Shown piece after piece: positions 1 to 9,231 of a stretch of DNA of 64,000 bases (within the stretch, counting starts at the first letter, position 1; each line of letters opens with the position of its first letter). The notes under the pieces were generated by a model. The model was not told the DNA's origin. It did not search any database and saw only the letters and a program-made list of their open reading frames with translations. The DNA lies in the sequence record AJ697969.1. One strand, written 5' to 3'. The translations under genes were made by a program, and so were the position numbers. Source of the stretch: Pseudomonas phage EL.

Positions 1-294
1 ATGGGTGTCGCTCCAGGGTTCCCGGATTATGATGTCGAAGCACTGATCGGGGTTATTAACGGACTGCGTAAGGAAGAAGACGACGTCATCGATGACTATG
101 TCTTCCACCGGAATGAGTCGGCTAATTACCGGAATCTGGATGAAGAACTTCAACCGTTTATTAAGCCCGCTGTACGGTTCAATGAGAATAACAAAATCGA
201 AATCAAGTTACTGGGCGGTTGGAAACCTTTTAACCCCGCTGTGTCGGGTTCTGTACGGAGAAAAATGAATGAAGACAAACACTTCACCGCCTGA
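1..294 (+). CDS. hypothetical protein (5' partial, runs off window start)
   Basis: Open frame from window edge; stops at 292-294. No recognisable motif. Confidence 0.3.
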   Translation: MGVAPGFPDYDVEALIGVINGLRKEEDDVIDDYVFHRNESANYRNLDEELQPFIKPAVRFNENNKIEIKLLGGWKPFNPAVSGSVRRKMNEDKHFTA

Positions 295-817
295 GTACAT
301 CATCAGTGAGAACGGTGACTGGTTCCATTTCAGTGGGTATTGGGGGGTGTTCTCCCGGTGCTTGTGTCGGATGGGTGGGAAGTTCCATGAGGCTATCGAT
401 GTCTCGTTAACCCCGATTAATGTCTGGCAGTGGGAAAACCTGAAACAGGTTCGTATTCGTAAACACCGCACCGCTGAGACCAATCCCTTTGCCTTTGCCC
501 ATTCGTTCCCCAAAGTGCGTTATGACCACCTGGTAGAAAAAGTGGGGGAGACGGTTGCGCACCTGCTGGTTCACGAGGATCTCTTGGCTGAAATAGACAT
601 GTCGCTGTTTCGCCACATGGATCGTGTGTGGGGATGGGGTGGTGGTGTCCCCTTTATCCTGGTGTGTAAAGAGCGAGACCGTTACCCTGAGCTCCTGGAA
701 CATTGGTTCACTGTATTGGATAACGAATCCGCGTACTTGAAAAGCATGGATGAGGACATGATGCAACGTTATCTCATCCATACTGAAAGCTGTCGGGCTA
801 AAGCCCACTCTCACTAA
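269..817 (+). CDS. hypothetical protein
   Basis: 182-aa ORF; GGAG 8 nt upstream of ATG. Overlaps previous ORF by 26 nt in another frame. Confidence 0.35.
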   Translation: MKTNTSPPEYIISENGDWFHFSGYWGVFSRCLCRMGGKFHEAIDVSLTPINVWQWENLKQVRIRKHRTAETNPFAFAHSFPKVRYDHLVEKVGETVAHLLVHEDLLAEIDMSLFRHMDRVWGWGGGVPFILVCKERDRYPELLEHWFTVLDNESAYLKSMDEDMMQRYLIHTESCRAKAHSH

Positions 818-888
818 TTCCGAACACCCGCTCCTATTCTTTACCTCGGAATGACAACTCAATCGTTAATGACCTATAAGGAACCTGA

Positions 889-1149
889 ATGACTACCATC
901 AAAGTCCAACAAAAACTGGGTCTGGCTGCTTTTGCTATCCTGTCGGACCAACTGAAAGCAGAAGGTATTCACGTGATTAACCCGGTAGAGGGCGAGGTGG
1001 TTACCGCTGACGATGTGGTTGGTAAAGTCCTGGCTGCCTTCAACCTGGGCAACAAGATTGAAGTGAACGCGGACGTCCCCGCTAGCAATAAAGGGGTGAA
1101 TTACCGGTTCGAACGGATTGGGGGAGCGTACTACCTGGTCCGGAAGTAG
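889..1149 (+). CDS. hypothetical small protein
   Basis: 86-aa ORF with AAGGAA SD upstream of ATG. A hairpin (ccctcctgcc..ggcaggaggg, about 1161-1185) follows. Confidence 0.5.
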   Translation: MTTIKVQQKLGLAAFAILSDQLKAEGIHVINPVEGEVVTADDVVGKVLAAFNLGNKIEVNADVPASNKGVNYRFERIGGAYYLVRK

Positions 1150-1188
1150 CTAACGACTCGCCCTCCTGCCTTATTGGCAGGAGGGTGT

Positions 1189-1878
1189 ATGTCCTTTATT
1201 TGTTATGAGGTGGTTATGTCAAGACAATCGTTGTTGGAATATGGAAGAGGGTGGTTATGCGACCAGGGTGGTGAGGGTAAAGAGGAATGGACCGGGGGTG
1301 ACGCGGTGTTCTACTCCATGAGTGTCAGTCCTTTAGCTTATCCCACCACCACCTTTTGGACGGGTCGTTTCAATATCCACATGGAGAACATCACTGTTCG
1401 GTTACATTCGCACGATAATGATCCTGAATTGGTGTTGTTCTTCAATAAGCTCAATCTACTGGAGCAGGGCGTACGGGAGTATTGCAAGGCGTTCAGAAAG
1501 GTCCTCAATAACCCGAAGAAACCCCTAAAGGAACCCGTCTATAAGCGACAGTGGCTCAACCCTGAGAACATTGAAGCGCCCTTTACGGGGTATTATTTCT
1601 ATTGCATCGATCAGGATAAGGCAGGCCGGTTCTGCGTTGGGGATTGCCACCGGACCATTGTGATGTGGATGGACATTCACCACAATGACGGGAGGGTCTT
1701 TAACAAAGCGTTGTTAGAAGTTCAACTCAGCGCTCTCCAATGCCTGGTGACCTATTTGAAGGAGGCTCAGGTTAAGATCAAGAGTCTTCGTAAGCAATAC
1801 AAGGTCTTAGGTTGGGATAAACCTCAGGAGCTCCAGAGTGACACGTCCTCTGAGGACGTTCTTCCCGATCCCCAGTAG
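1189..1878 (+). CDS. hypothetical protein; contains IHHNDGRVFN (weak HNH-like signature)
   Basis: Frame is open from 1174 (TTG). ATG at 1189 sits just after the upstream hairpin. An alternative ATG at 1216 follows GAGG. The HHxDG..N motif resembles a degenerate HNH core. Confidence 0.4.
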   Translation: MSFICYEVVMSRQSLLEYGRGWLCDQGGEGKEEWTGGDAVFYSMSVSPLAYPTTTFWTGRFNIHMENITVRLHSHDNDPELVLFFNKLNLLEQGVREYCKAFRKVLNNPKKPLKEPVYKRQWLNPENIEAPFTGYYFYCIDQDKAGRFCVGDCHRTIVMWMDIHHNDGRVFNKALLEVQLSALQCLVTYLKEAQVKIKSLRKQYKVLGWDKPQELQSDTSSEDVLPDPQ

Positions 1879-1888
1879 AAATTAATAA

Positions 1889-1906
1889 ACCTATATTACT
1901 CAGGTG
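1889..1906 (+). promoter_or_regulatory. phiKZ-type early promoter-like motif (aCCTATATTACTcaGGTG)
   Basis: TATATTAC core at 1892-1899, 37 nt upstream of the chaperonin ATG. Same core and flanking GGTG as the copies at 17336, 18625 and 59316. Confidence 0.55.
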
Positions 1907-1942
1907 TAATGCAATTAGGTATGGTTTAACAGGAGTACGAAG

Positions 1943-3619
1943 ATGTCTCAAACGCTACTGGTACATGGTAAAGATGCCCAAGGAATCATTAAACAGGTCT
2001 TGAGTGAGGTGTATGACGCCGTCACTTCGACCATGGGTCCGAATGGTCAGTTGGTGATGATCAAGAATGGGGTCTCCACCAAGACCACCAAGGATGGGGT
2101 GACGGTAGCCCGTTCCATTCGCTTTGCAGATGAAGCCCATGAATTGGTGAACCGGGTAATTACCGAGCCGGCTACGAAGACCGATGAGGAATGCGGGGAT
2201 GGCACTACCACCACCATCATGCTGACCCATGCGCTCTATCACCTGTTCAAGGACTTCCCAGGTTTCCAACACCACCGGAACATTGAAGACTTGGTAGAGC
2301 GGGTTATCCAACGTTTGGAATCCATGGCGATTCGGGTGGAAGTGGATGACCCTCGGTTGTATCAAGTGGCCCTGACCTCGTCTAACCAGGATGAAAAGCT
2401 CGCCCGACTGGTTAGTGAGCTCTATGCGAATAACAAAGGGAGTTATCCGGATATTGAACTCAAGGAAGGGGTCAACTTCGAAGACCAGATCGAACAAACT
2501 ACAGGGCGCACTATCCGTATGTTCTACGCGAATCCCTGGTTTGCGAAAGGCCACCAAGGGGGTGTGACAGAATTGACGGGGTTTACGGCGTTCGTTATCG
2601 ATCGTCGGATTGACAAGGAAGACACCCAGAAGTTGATTGATGGGGTGAATCACCTTGTGAAAACTCACAAACAACACCTGGCCCTTCCCATCCTGCTGAT
2701 TGCACGAAGTTTCGAAGAAGCCGCTAACTCGACCCTGATGCAATTGAATGCGGCGCACCCAACCCTGGTAGAAGACGGACGTCCTTGGTTAATCCCGTTG
2801 AGTACGCCGGTAGGTGGTGCAATTGGGACCTCTGAACTGCAAGACATCGCGGTCATGCTGAACGCCCCTATGCTCAGTGACGTAGCGGACCTGACCAAGT
2901 TGGATACCCATTCGATCAATGGCCAACACGGCCAACTGGAACTGGGGGGCAATCGGTCTATCCTGAAGAGTACCACACCTAAGGATGAAGACCGGATCGA
3001 ACAACATGCTCGGGGTATTGAGGAACTGTTGGAGGGGTTTAGCCTCAGCGATAAGTTCTCTGTACGCGCCCGGTACAACGAACGGCGTATTCGGACCCTA
3101 CGGGGTAAGTTGATCACCATTTCCGTAGGCGGCGAAACCTATTCTGAAGTCAAGGAACGGGTAGACCGGTACGAGGATGTGGTGAAAGCCATTCGTTCCG
3201 CCTTGGAGAACGGCATCCTTCCTGGCGGTGGCGTATCCCTGGTTAAGGCGGTCTTCGGTACGATCAAGGAAGGCCTCGAAGATAAAGACCAGAGCGCTGA
3301 GTTTGCTAAGCGGTATATCAACTCAGGCATTGCCAATGAGTTGATGCGACTGTCCACTATTCAGCATAAGCTGTTGTTCAAGGACACGGCGCTGTATAAG
3401 GAAAATGGGAGTTTCCATTTTAATGATGATTGGCTCAATACACCGACCGTCATGAATCTGGCAACTGGTGAGATTGGTACCCCGGAGGGATTGGGTATTT
3501 ATGACACCGCGTATGCCTCTATCACTGCGCTGAAAGGCGGACTCCAAACCGCTAAGATCTTGGCCACTACGAAGACACTGATCCTAGGGGAGAAGTTGTC
3601 GGCGGTTAAGGTGCGGTAA
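1943..3619 (+). CDS. GroEL-like (Cpn60) chaperonin, phage-encoded
   Basis: 558 aa. N-terminal region aligns with GroEL (TMGPNGQLVMI.., ..TKDGVTVARSI..). Canonical ATP-site motif GDGTTT (GDGTTTTIMLTHAL). GGAG SD. No GroES-like ORF adjacent. Confidence 0.85.
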   Translation: MSQTLLVHGKDAQGIIKQVLSEVYDAVTSTMGPNGQLVMIKNGVSTKTTKDGVTVARSIRFADEAHELVNRVITEPATKTDEECGDGTTTTIMLTHALYHLFKDFPGFQHHRNIEDLVERVIQRLESMAIRVEVDDPRLYQVALTSSNQDEKLARLVSELYANNKGSYPDIELKEGVNFEDQIEQTTGRTIRMFYANPWFAKGHQGGVTELTGFTAFVIDRRIDKEDTQKLIDGVNHLVKTHKQHLALPILLIARSFEEAANSTLMQLNAAHPTLVEDGRPWLIPLSTPVGGAIGTSELQDIAVMLNAPMLSDVADLTKLDTHSINGQHGQLELGGNRSILKSTTPKDEDRIEQHARGIEELLEGFSLSDKFSVRARYNERRIRTLRGKLITISVGGETYSEVKERVDRYEDVVKAIRSALENGILPGGGVSLVKAVFGTIKEGLEDKDQSAEFAKRYINSGIANELMRLSTIQHKLLFKDTALYKENGSFHFNDDWLNTPTVMNLATGEIGTPEGLGIYDTAYASITALKGGLQTAKILATTKTLILGEKLSAVKVR

Positions 3620-3630
3620 GGGGTTTGTAA

Positions 3631-3670
3631 AGGAGTAGGGGGAAGACCCCTACTCCTTTATTTTTTTTTT
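3631..3670 (+). terminator. rho-independent terminator
   Basis: Stem aggagtaggggg/ccctactcct followed by T10 run. Confidence 0.7.
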
Positions 3671-3781
3671 AAGGAAATCGATGGATGACGAAGCATTTGA
3701 AGGAGGTAGACATCCTATGCAGTGAGTCTTGTAACTTCTTTTGACTTACTCCCATTGGACCACCTTTAAGAGGATAAAGCA

Positions 3782-4411
3782 ATGGCTTCAAACCTTCCAA
3801 TCCAAACGATCTTCCTCGACAAATTCGTCGAGTTCAACAAAGACCGCTACAAAGACCAGGCGGAAATGCTCGCCCTCTTTGACGGCCTGACCCTCGCGGA
3901 CATCACGATCTCCGACATCACCGCCGACGGCGCCAACCCCGAGCTGCAAAGCGCCACGGTCACCTCTGTGAGCCGCAACTTCAAAGGTGTCGAACAAAAA
4001 TGGCTCCCGGCGAACATCAACACTCCGTTCGCCTTCGTGGTGGTGAACAAAGGCGCTCCCCTGACCGGCGAAGACCAACTGGCCGAGCAGACCACCCCGG
4101 GTGCCTACGTTTACCTGGTCGGTGAAGGCGAAGAAGCGGTTCAACGCGTGGGCCTGGTGCTGGCTTCCACCACCACCACTGAAACCCAAGCCGCCGACGC
4201 CCTGGCGCTGTTCAAGGCCAACTTCGAATACGTCCTGGACGACGCCGATGTCGATACTGCCACCGCCAAGGTGCTCAAGGTAACCACCAACCCGTTCACC
4301 CGCGGCGAGCTCGTGTACGAAATTGGTAAGGCTCCGATCATCGAGATTCCGGAAACTGACTACGGTCGTCTGGAATTCAAAGAAATCGTTCAACCCGAAC
4401 CCCAACCGTAA
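3782..4411 (+). CDS. hypothetical protein, GC3-rich; paralogue of the 16098-16691 product
   Basis: 209 aa. N-terminus IFLDKFVEFNKDRYKD..LTLADITISD matches LFLERFIAFNKERYSD..LTLDNTTLSD of the minus-strand ORF 16098-16691. Codons are strongly G/C-ending, unlike its neighbours. AGAGGATAAAGCAATG SD-like. Confidence 0.7.
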   Translation: MASNLPIQTIFLDKFVEFNKDRYKDQAEMLALFDGLTLADITISDITADGANPELQSATVTSVSRNFKGVEQKWLPANINTPFAFVVVNKGAPLTGEDQLAEQTTPGAYVYLVGEGEEAVQRVGLVLASTTTTETQAADALALFKANFEYVLDDADVDTATAKVLKVTTNPFTRGELVYEIGKAPIIEIPETDYGRLEFKEIVQPEPQP

Positions 4412-4420
4412 GCTAGATAA

Positions 4421-4448
4421 CTACCAAGTGGGCTAGCCCACTTGGTAG
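4421..4448 (+). terminator. hairpin terminator (stem only)
   Basis: ctaccaagtgggc tagc cccacttggtag perfect inverted repeat directly after the stop. Confidence 0.5.
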
Positions 4449-4566
4449 TTTACCTCTCTTCGTACCTCATTTCAATTCCAGTGAATTTCAAATCTACATC
4501 ATCAGTGTGAGCCAGGGGCAATAAAAGTTCACGGATGAATGAATTCTCTTGCAACTGGTGCTTTAA

Positions 4567-5148
4567 ATGTCATTAGGAATATTCACCATGAGTATGAGTA
4601 CTGCTAAAAGGGGTAACTTTTCTACGTCCCCCGGCAAGGAAGACGATGATCTTCCTCTGCACGAGATCCGGGATGCCTTTAATCCCGCGTTTGTGAAAAC
4701 GTTTGACAAACTGGGCCTCGACCCACAATTGATCAAAGAGTTTATTTACGCGCTTGATCTGCTCGACAACATCGTTAAGACCCCCAACTTCGTATCGGGC
4801 AGAATTCTGAATAACCGAGATATCGAAGCGTACGGCGAAGAAGCGGTCTTCGCGTTCAACCGGAATAACAATATCCCGTACTACTACGTGCGGTTGGGTA
4901 TTACCGTGTCGGAAACGGTGTACAAATTGCAGGACGAGTTTCTGGAACGTGATTATCCCAAAACGATCCTGAGTATTCTCCGCCCCATGCGCACGCCCGG
5001 TATTGACGTGACCGTAGACGGCCATCCTTACAACGTAGGGATTACCTTCAAAACGCCTCATCCTTTGTTCGGTTTGGTGAATTACCAAGATCTCCGGACT
5101 GGGATGAACACTTCAGTCCCCTTCCTACTCACTCGGGTGGGACTTTGA
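4567..5148 (+). CDS. hypothetical protein
   Basis: 193-aa ORF. An internal ATG at 4588 with AGGAA SD may be the true start. Confidence 0.5.
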   Translation: MSLGIFTMSMSTAKRGNFSTSPGKEDDDLPLHEIRDAFNPAFVKTFDKLGLDPQLIKEFIYALDLLDNIVKTPNFVSGRILNNRDIEAYGEEAVFAFNRNNNIPYYYVRLGITVSETVYKLQDEFLERDYPKTILSILRPMRTPGIDVTVDGHPYNVGITFKTPHPLFGLVNYQDLRTGMNTSVPFLLTRVGL

Positions 5149-5248
5149 TCCTCTACCTGCTCCACTGGGCTTAACGCTCCGGTGGAGCGGGGTAGGGGTT
5201 ATTACCGCTTTAAATTTTTCAATACACCAACCCAAAAAGGTAATAACC

Positions 5249-6133
5249 ATGCCGAAGAATGAGAACAATCCTGATAAACAAGGTCTTACGTCTATCTCTG
5301 ATGAAGACTTGGATAAGGCACTCAACGAACTGGACAACGCAGGGGAAGACGTAACTCCGGTGTCCGAAGAGACCACTACGCGGCATCCGGGTACGTCGGA
5401 TATCCTCAACCGCTATTCACATCCCGCCCTTCAGCCGAAGAAGGGAACCCCTGAATACATCGAGTGGAAAGCCGCTCTCAAACAGAAGGAGGACCGATTA
5501 GTGGAATCCTTGAAGACTTCGGTGACCCAGGAACATGAAGAGAATGTCCTGAAAGGGAATACCCTGGGTACTAAACCGAAGACCAAGCAGGTAGAAGGCC
5601 TGTTGGAGATGGTGGTTCGTAAGAAGGCTGAACTCACCCAAGAAGACACCGTAGACGCCGCAGAACGCGCATTGGCAGCGCTGAAGCGGGTGCGGGAATA
5701 TAACCGTAAGAAACGTATTCGACTGTGGTGTATTGTTGTCGGGCTCTTGGTGGTTGTGGGAAGTGGTCTCTATGGGGGGTGGATGTTCGTCCAGAAACAA
5801 ATGCTCACCGGTCATTACACCGTGGTCGCGGAGTGCAAAGTCCCTTACGGGGATTTTGAAATTACCGGTAAGCGGTACTACCGCTACGCGTATCAATCGA
5901 TTCTGGGTTACCACCTCGTGGATGAGGGTACGGTCGAAGAAGTCACCGAAGTCAAACTCCCTGGGGATAAAATCATTATCCTGGGATTCGATGCGAGTAA
6001 AGGGAACTGGTGGCGGATGAACTATGACCGGGGAGAATTCGGTACCGTTAAACTCAAACCTACAGATAAGTACTGGTTCGTCGGCGAGAAAGACCGTACC
6101 ACCCTGGTACCTTATCACTCGTTCTGCCATTAA
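5249..6133 (+). CDS. hypothetical membrane-anchored protein
   Basis: 294 aa. Acidic N-terminal half, then one predicted TM helix (IRLWCIVVGLLVVVGSGLYGGWMFV). SD AAAAAGG. Confidence 0.6.
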   Translation: MPKNENNPDKQGLTSISDEDLDKALNELDNAGEDVTPVSEETTTRHPGTSDILNRYSHPALQPKKGTPEYIEWKAALKQKEDRLVESLKTSVTQEHEENVLKGNTLGTKPKTKQVEGLLEMVVRKKAELTQEDTVDAAERALAALKRVREYNRKKRIRLWCIVVGLLVVVGSGLYGGWMFVQKQMLTGHYTVVAECKVPYGDFEITGKRYYRYAYQSILGYHLVDEGTVEEVTEVKLPGDKIIILGFDASKGNWWRMNYDRGEFGTVKLKPTDKYWFVGEKDRTTLVPYHSFCH

Positions 6134-6162
6134 ACGGTAACCTTACCGAGGGAGTCAATCCC

Positions 6163-6741
6163 ATGCTGAATACTTCAGACCAACCTGTGGGTCTCTTGTC
6201 CAGTCGATTGTACATCGATCCCAACGATGGTTCTTTCTTTACCGGTCATTTGGAAAAGTCCCACAAGAAACGGTGTCACTTAGTACGCCACAAGCTCCAA
6301 TACGCGATCCGGTATTATTCATCCGTTAAACTGCCCGAGGGGTGGTTGGTGGGGATCAGTGACCGGGAGGCAAGCCGGTATTACTTCTTCCCTACCCAGG
6401 GAAAACGGAGGAGTATTCTGGTTCCTTTACCCAGTACAGCGTACCGAGAGATCTGGTTTAACCTGTTTAAAGGGATCTGGATGACTGGTACCCGGGAGGC
6501 TATCTACCTGCACAGTGTGGCGTATCCCCATCTCATGGAGCTCTTGAACGAATCCTTAGTCCCCAGAGTGATTTCTGTTGAAGGTGAATGGAAAGGGGAA
6601 GGGTATATTGCGTCTCTGGAATGGAAGCCTGAAAAACCCGGTCGGTTGATCGTAACAACGACCTTGGATAATGCTAAAGACCACAGTGTTCCGATCCAAT
6701 GGCATCCCATCGATGCGGTGGTTCGTCTCATCCGAAAGTAA
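6163..6741 (+). CDS. hypothetical protein
   Basis: 192-aa ORF, GAGGGAG SD. Tightly packed with its neighbours. Confidence 0.55.
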   Translation: MLNTSDQPVGLLSSRLYIDPNDGSFFTGHLEKSHKKRCHLVRHKLQYAIRYYSSVKLPEGWLVGISDREASRYYFFPTQGKRRSILVPLPSTAYREIWFNLFKGIWMTGTREAIYLHSVAYPHLMELLNESLVPRVISVEGEWKGEGYIASLEWKPEKPGRLIVTTTLDNAKDHSVPIQWHPIDAVVRLIRK

Positions 6742-6753
6742 GAGGATTACATC

Positions 6754-7617
6754 ATGAAAGAAGAAAACCAGAAGAAGACCAACAGTTTCCAAGGTGGCGA
6801 TGTTCGGGTAGTGTCTTCTAAGACGCATCCCGGTAAATCGAAATTCCTCCCGGTAAACCTCATGGGACCGGATACGATCGAGAACCCTGACCAACTGGTC
6901 CTCCAAGTTCATCACCGTCTGACCGAAGGCCAGAAAGCGTTCTACCACACCCTGGAAACCTACGGGCTGTGTAAGGCCTACAGTTCGTCACCCGATCCCC
7001 GTACGTTGGTGATCAACATCGCTACCGGTCTTCCCCACACCAAGGAAGAGAAAGACGCTCCTCGCCGCAGCATCGAGCTGGACGCCGGCATTATCCTCTA
7101 TGCGGTTATCAGCGAACGGGAGGGTGGGGCCTTCAAAATCGTCATCGTGGGAACCGCTACCCATACGTCTTATTTGGTGATCCGTGAGGACGTTGCCTTC
7201 TCGTTTATCATCGATAAGGTGTCTTTGTCGGTTCAGGATGCGGTAGTCGCCCTGTACGCCAGCAACCTCAGCAAAGGTCGAGGGCTCTTCGAGAACACCG
7301 CTAAACACCTTCCGGACTTCTTCTACAAGCTGTTTAAAGCGGTCTTCCCGGAAATGGTTCGTCTGGAATTCACGATCACTCACATTCATGAAGACAGTGT
7401 TCGCGTTGCGCTGTACTGGGATCCTAGGGGACCTAACAAGAATCTCATTGCCTGCAATGGGTTTGTCTTCCCGTTGGACATTTCCCAGTTCCCGGGTAAA
7501 CAAATCTCCCGGGGGTATAACCTCCAGAAGAAAGAAACCCGTCATGTCGCTCACAAACAAAAGACATCTGACCTGTCAGTCAATACCCAGCGTCTGTTGG
7601 AAAAGTTCTCGAAATAG
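6754..7617 (+). CDS. hypothetical protein
   Basis: 287-aa ORF, AAGAGGA SD. A hairpin (gaggtggggggtaacacccctacctc) follows. Confidence 0.6.
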   Translation: MKEENQKKTNSFQGGDVRVVSSKTHPGKSKFLPVNLMGPDTIENPDQLVLQVHHRLTEGQKAFYHTLETYGLCKAYSSSPDPRTLVINIATGLPHTKEEKDAPRRSIELDAGIILYAVISEREGGAFKIVIVGTATHTSYLVIREDVAFSFIIDKVSLSVQDAVVALYASNLSKGRGLFENTAKHLPDFFYKLFKAVFPEMVRLEFTITHIHEDSVRVALYWDPRGPNKNLIACNGFVFPLDISQFPGKQISRGYNLQKKETRHVAHKQKTSDLSVNTQRLLEKFSK

Positions 7618-7700
7618 TCTGTGAGTACGAGGTGGGGGGTAACACCCCTACCTCTACCTATGCTGTAACGCGCTGTAACACCCTTTAAAGAGTTTTTAAC

Positions 7701-8201
7701 ATGAAAGGTACCCTACCCCATTACCAGATCAGAATTATCGCTAGAAGTGCCTTTACAGACGATTTAAAGGAGAGACTCAAACCACTGTATGAAAACCTCT
7801 TTCACCACGAACTCCATCTCGTCATTGGTACTAAAACAACCCGTAAGCTGTTTAAACCCTCCGCCCGTAAAAATCCCCACCCCTCCGTTATTGAGAAACG
7901 GTACGAAGACTTCTTCAAAGTAACCGACAAGATAGTACTCGTTACTCACTTGGGAGAAGCCGTGGGATATCTGGCGGTGGTTAAGAACAAGATCACCTCA
8001 CTCTTTGTTGAAGAAGACTTCCGGAAGCTAGGCTTAGGGCGGATCATGGTGTCCAAGTTACAACGGGGTGGACATCCTGTGAACCGGTTCCTCTACGTTC
8101 AATGCTTTACCCAGAATACAGCTGGTATCAACTTCTACCGGAAAGTTGGGTTTAAGGAAATTGACAGAGGAGAGATCTACACGGTTTTGTTAATGGAATA
8201 A
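7701..8201 (+). CDS. GNAT-family N-acetyltransferase
   Basis: 166 aa. GNAT motif A (FRKLGLGRIMVSKL, i.e. R-x-x-G-x-G) and motif B-like FYRKVGFKEI. Confidence 0.65.
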   Translation: MKGTLPHYQIRIIARSAFTDDLKERLKPLYENLFHHELHLVIGTKTTRKLFKPSARKNPHPSVIEKRYEDFFKVTDKIVLVTHLGEAVGYLAVVKNKITSLFVEEDFRKLGLGRIMVSKLQRGGHPVNRFLYVQCFTQNTAGINFYRKVGFKEIDRGEIYTVLLME

Positions 8202-8209
8202 ACACCGTA

Positions 8210-8258
8210 CTAGGAGTAGCCCATAAGGGCTACTCCTAGGGGTGTATTTTATTTTTGT
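8210..8258. terminator. bidirectional rho-independent terminator between convergent genes
   Basis: ctaggagtagccc ataa gggctactcctag followed by a T-rich run. Lies between the GNAT gene (+) and the Kelch gene (-). Confidence 0.65.
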
Positions 8259-8259
8259 T

Positions 8260-9186
8260 TCAAAAGAAGCGGTAGATATCACGGTAGCGTCCTGCTTGGT
8301 AGTAATCTCCTGATCCAATGGTGGAGGAATTAACACCCCCTACCAGGTAAATCCCACTGTCATCCGTGAGCATCTCAAAGGCATACCGTTTAGTTACCGT
8401 GGTCATTTGCTTGTACCAACGGTCTTTCAGTATGTCGTAAATATGGAACACGATGTAACCGTTTTCAACACCACAGAGAATCAGGAACTGTTTCCACGAA
8501 GTCCCCCCAGTCCAACTACTGGCAATAGGTGCTTCTGTTACCGTTCTCCAGGTGTTGGTAACGGGATCGTATTCCCTGACCAATCTTGACGTACCCGCGG
8601 GGTCGTTCCATCCCCCGAATACATAGATCTTTCCATTGAACTGTCCGATGTAATGCCCATTGAGCGCCATCGGCATATCCGCTTTACGGGTCCAGACGTT
8701 GGTGGTGGTGTCATACTGGTGGTTGAGGGCTGTGGGTTTATTGGTACTCCCCATGTAACCCCCCATGCAGAAGATCGTCTTATCATCCAGGGTAATACAC
8801 CGACCTTGTCCTCGGGCTCCATCCGGGAGGTTATTCAAGTTCGTTGAAGACCCTGTTGAAGGATTCAATTTCCACACGTGACTCACATAGTTCCCATTAT
8901 TACCGGTAATACCCCAGAAGGAACTGTTGCAGTAACACCCGCCACTCCAGGCCCATACGGAGATATTCCCGGTAGTGGCCCACGTACGGGTGGTAAAGTC
9001 ATAACGGGTATACGTCTGTTGTTGACCCCCACCGGCAAACTGACCTCCGAAGATATGAATCTTCCCTCCACCGATACCCGCACTGAAGTTAGCAATACCG
9101 TTGAAAGGAACTTGAGTCACCCATTCCATTCGTCCCAGAATGTAGGGGTTATCATCAGAAAGGGTAAATAGTTGACTCTCTAACAT
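8260..9186 (-). CDS. Kelch-repeat beta-propeller protein (tail-fibre module)
   Basis: 308 aa. Repeated Kelch-like blades (IHIFGG, IYVFGGW, YDPVTNTW, IYLVGG) with Gly-Gly and Trp/Tyr spacing. Confidence 0.7.
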   Translation of the reverse strand: MLESQLFTLSDDNPYILGRMEWVTQVPFNGIANFSAGIGGGKIHIFGGQFAGGGQQQTYTRYDFTTRTWATTGNISVWAWSGGCYCNSSFWGITGNNGNYVSHVWKLNPSTGSSTNLNNLPDGARGQGRCITLDDKTIFCMGGYMGSTNKPTALNHQYDTTTNVWTRKADMPMALNGHYIGQFNGKIYVFGGWNDPAGTSRLVREYDPVTNTWRTVTEAPIASSWTGGTSWKQFLILCGVENGYIVFHIYDILKDRWYKQMTTVTKRYAFEMLTDDSGIYLVGGVNSSTIGSGDYYQAGRYRDIYRFF

Positions 9187-9200
9187 GAAGCCGCTCCTAA

Positions 9201-9223
9201 AGAGAGGGAGTTAATCCCTCTCT
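9201..9223 (-). terminator. intra-operon hairpin
   Basis: agagaggga gttaa tccctctct perfect inverted repeat between two minus-strand genes. Confidence 0.4.
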
Positions 9224-9231
9224 TACTGATT

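Noticed and set aside
1955-2758. 267-aa minus-strand ORF inside the chaperonin gene
   Set aside because: The chaperonin frame has unambiguous GroEL motifs. The antisense ORF lacks SD and any motif.
3788-4405. 205-aa ORF on the minus strand, fully overlapping the 3782-4411 plus-strand gene
   Set aside because: Antisense frame kept open by the high GC3 content of the real gene. It has no SD. The plus-strand gene has SD, a paralogue and a terminator.
5150-5200. Imperfect hairpin (cctctacctgctccac..gtggagcggggtagggg) after ORF 4567-5148 as a terminator
   Set aside because: The stem has mismatches and no T-run follows, so I did not list it as a feature. It is nonetheless related in sequence to the CCCCTACC stem family.
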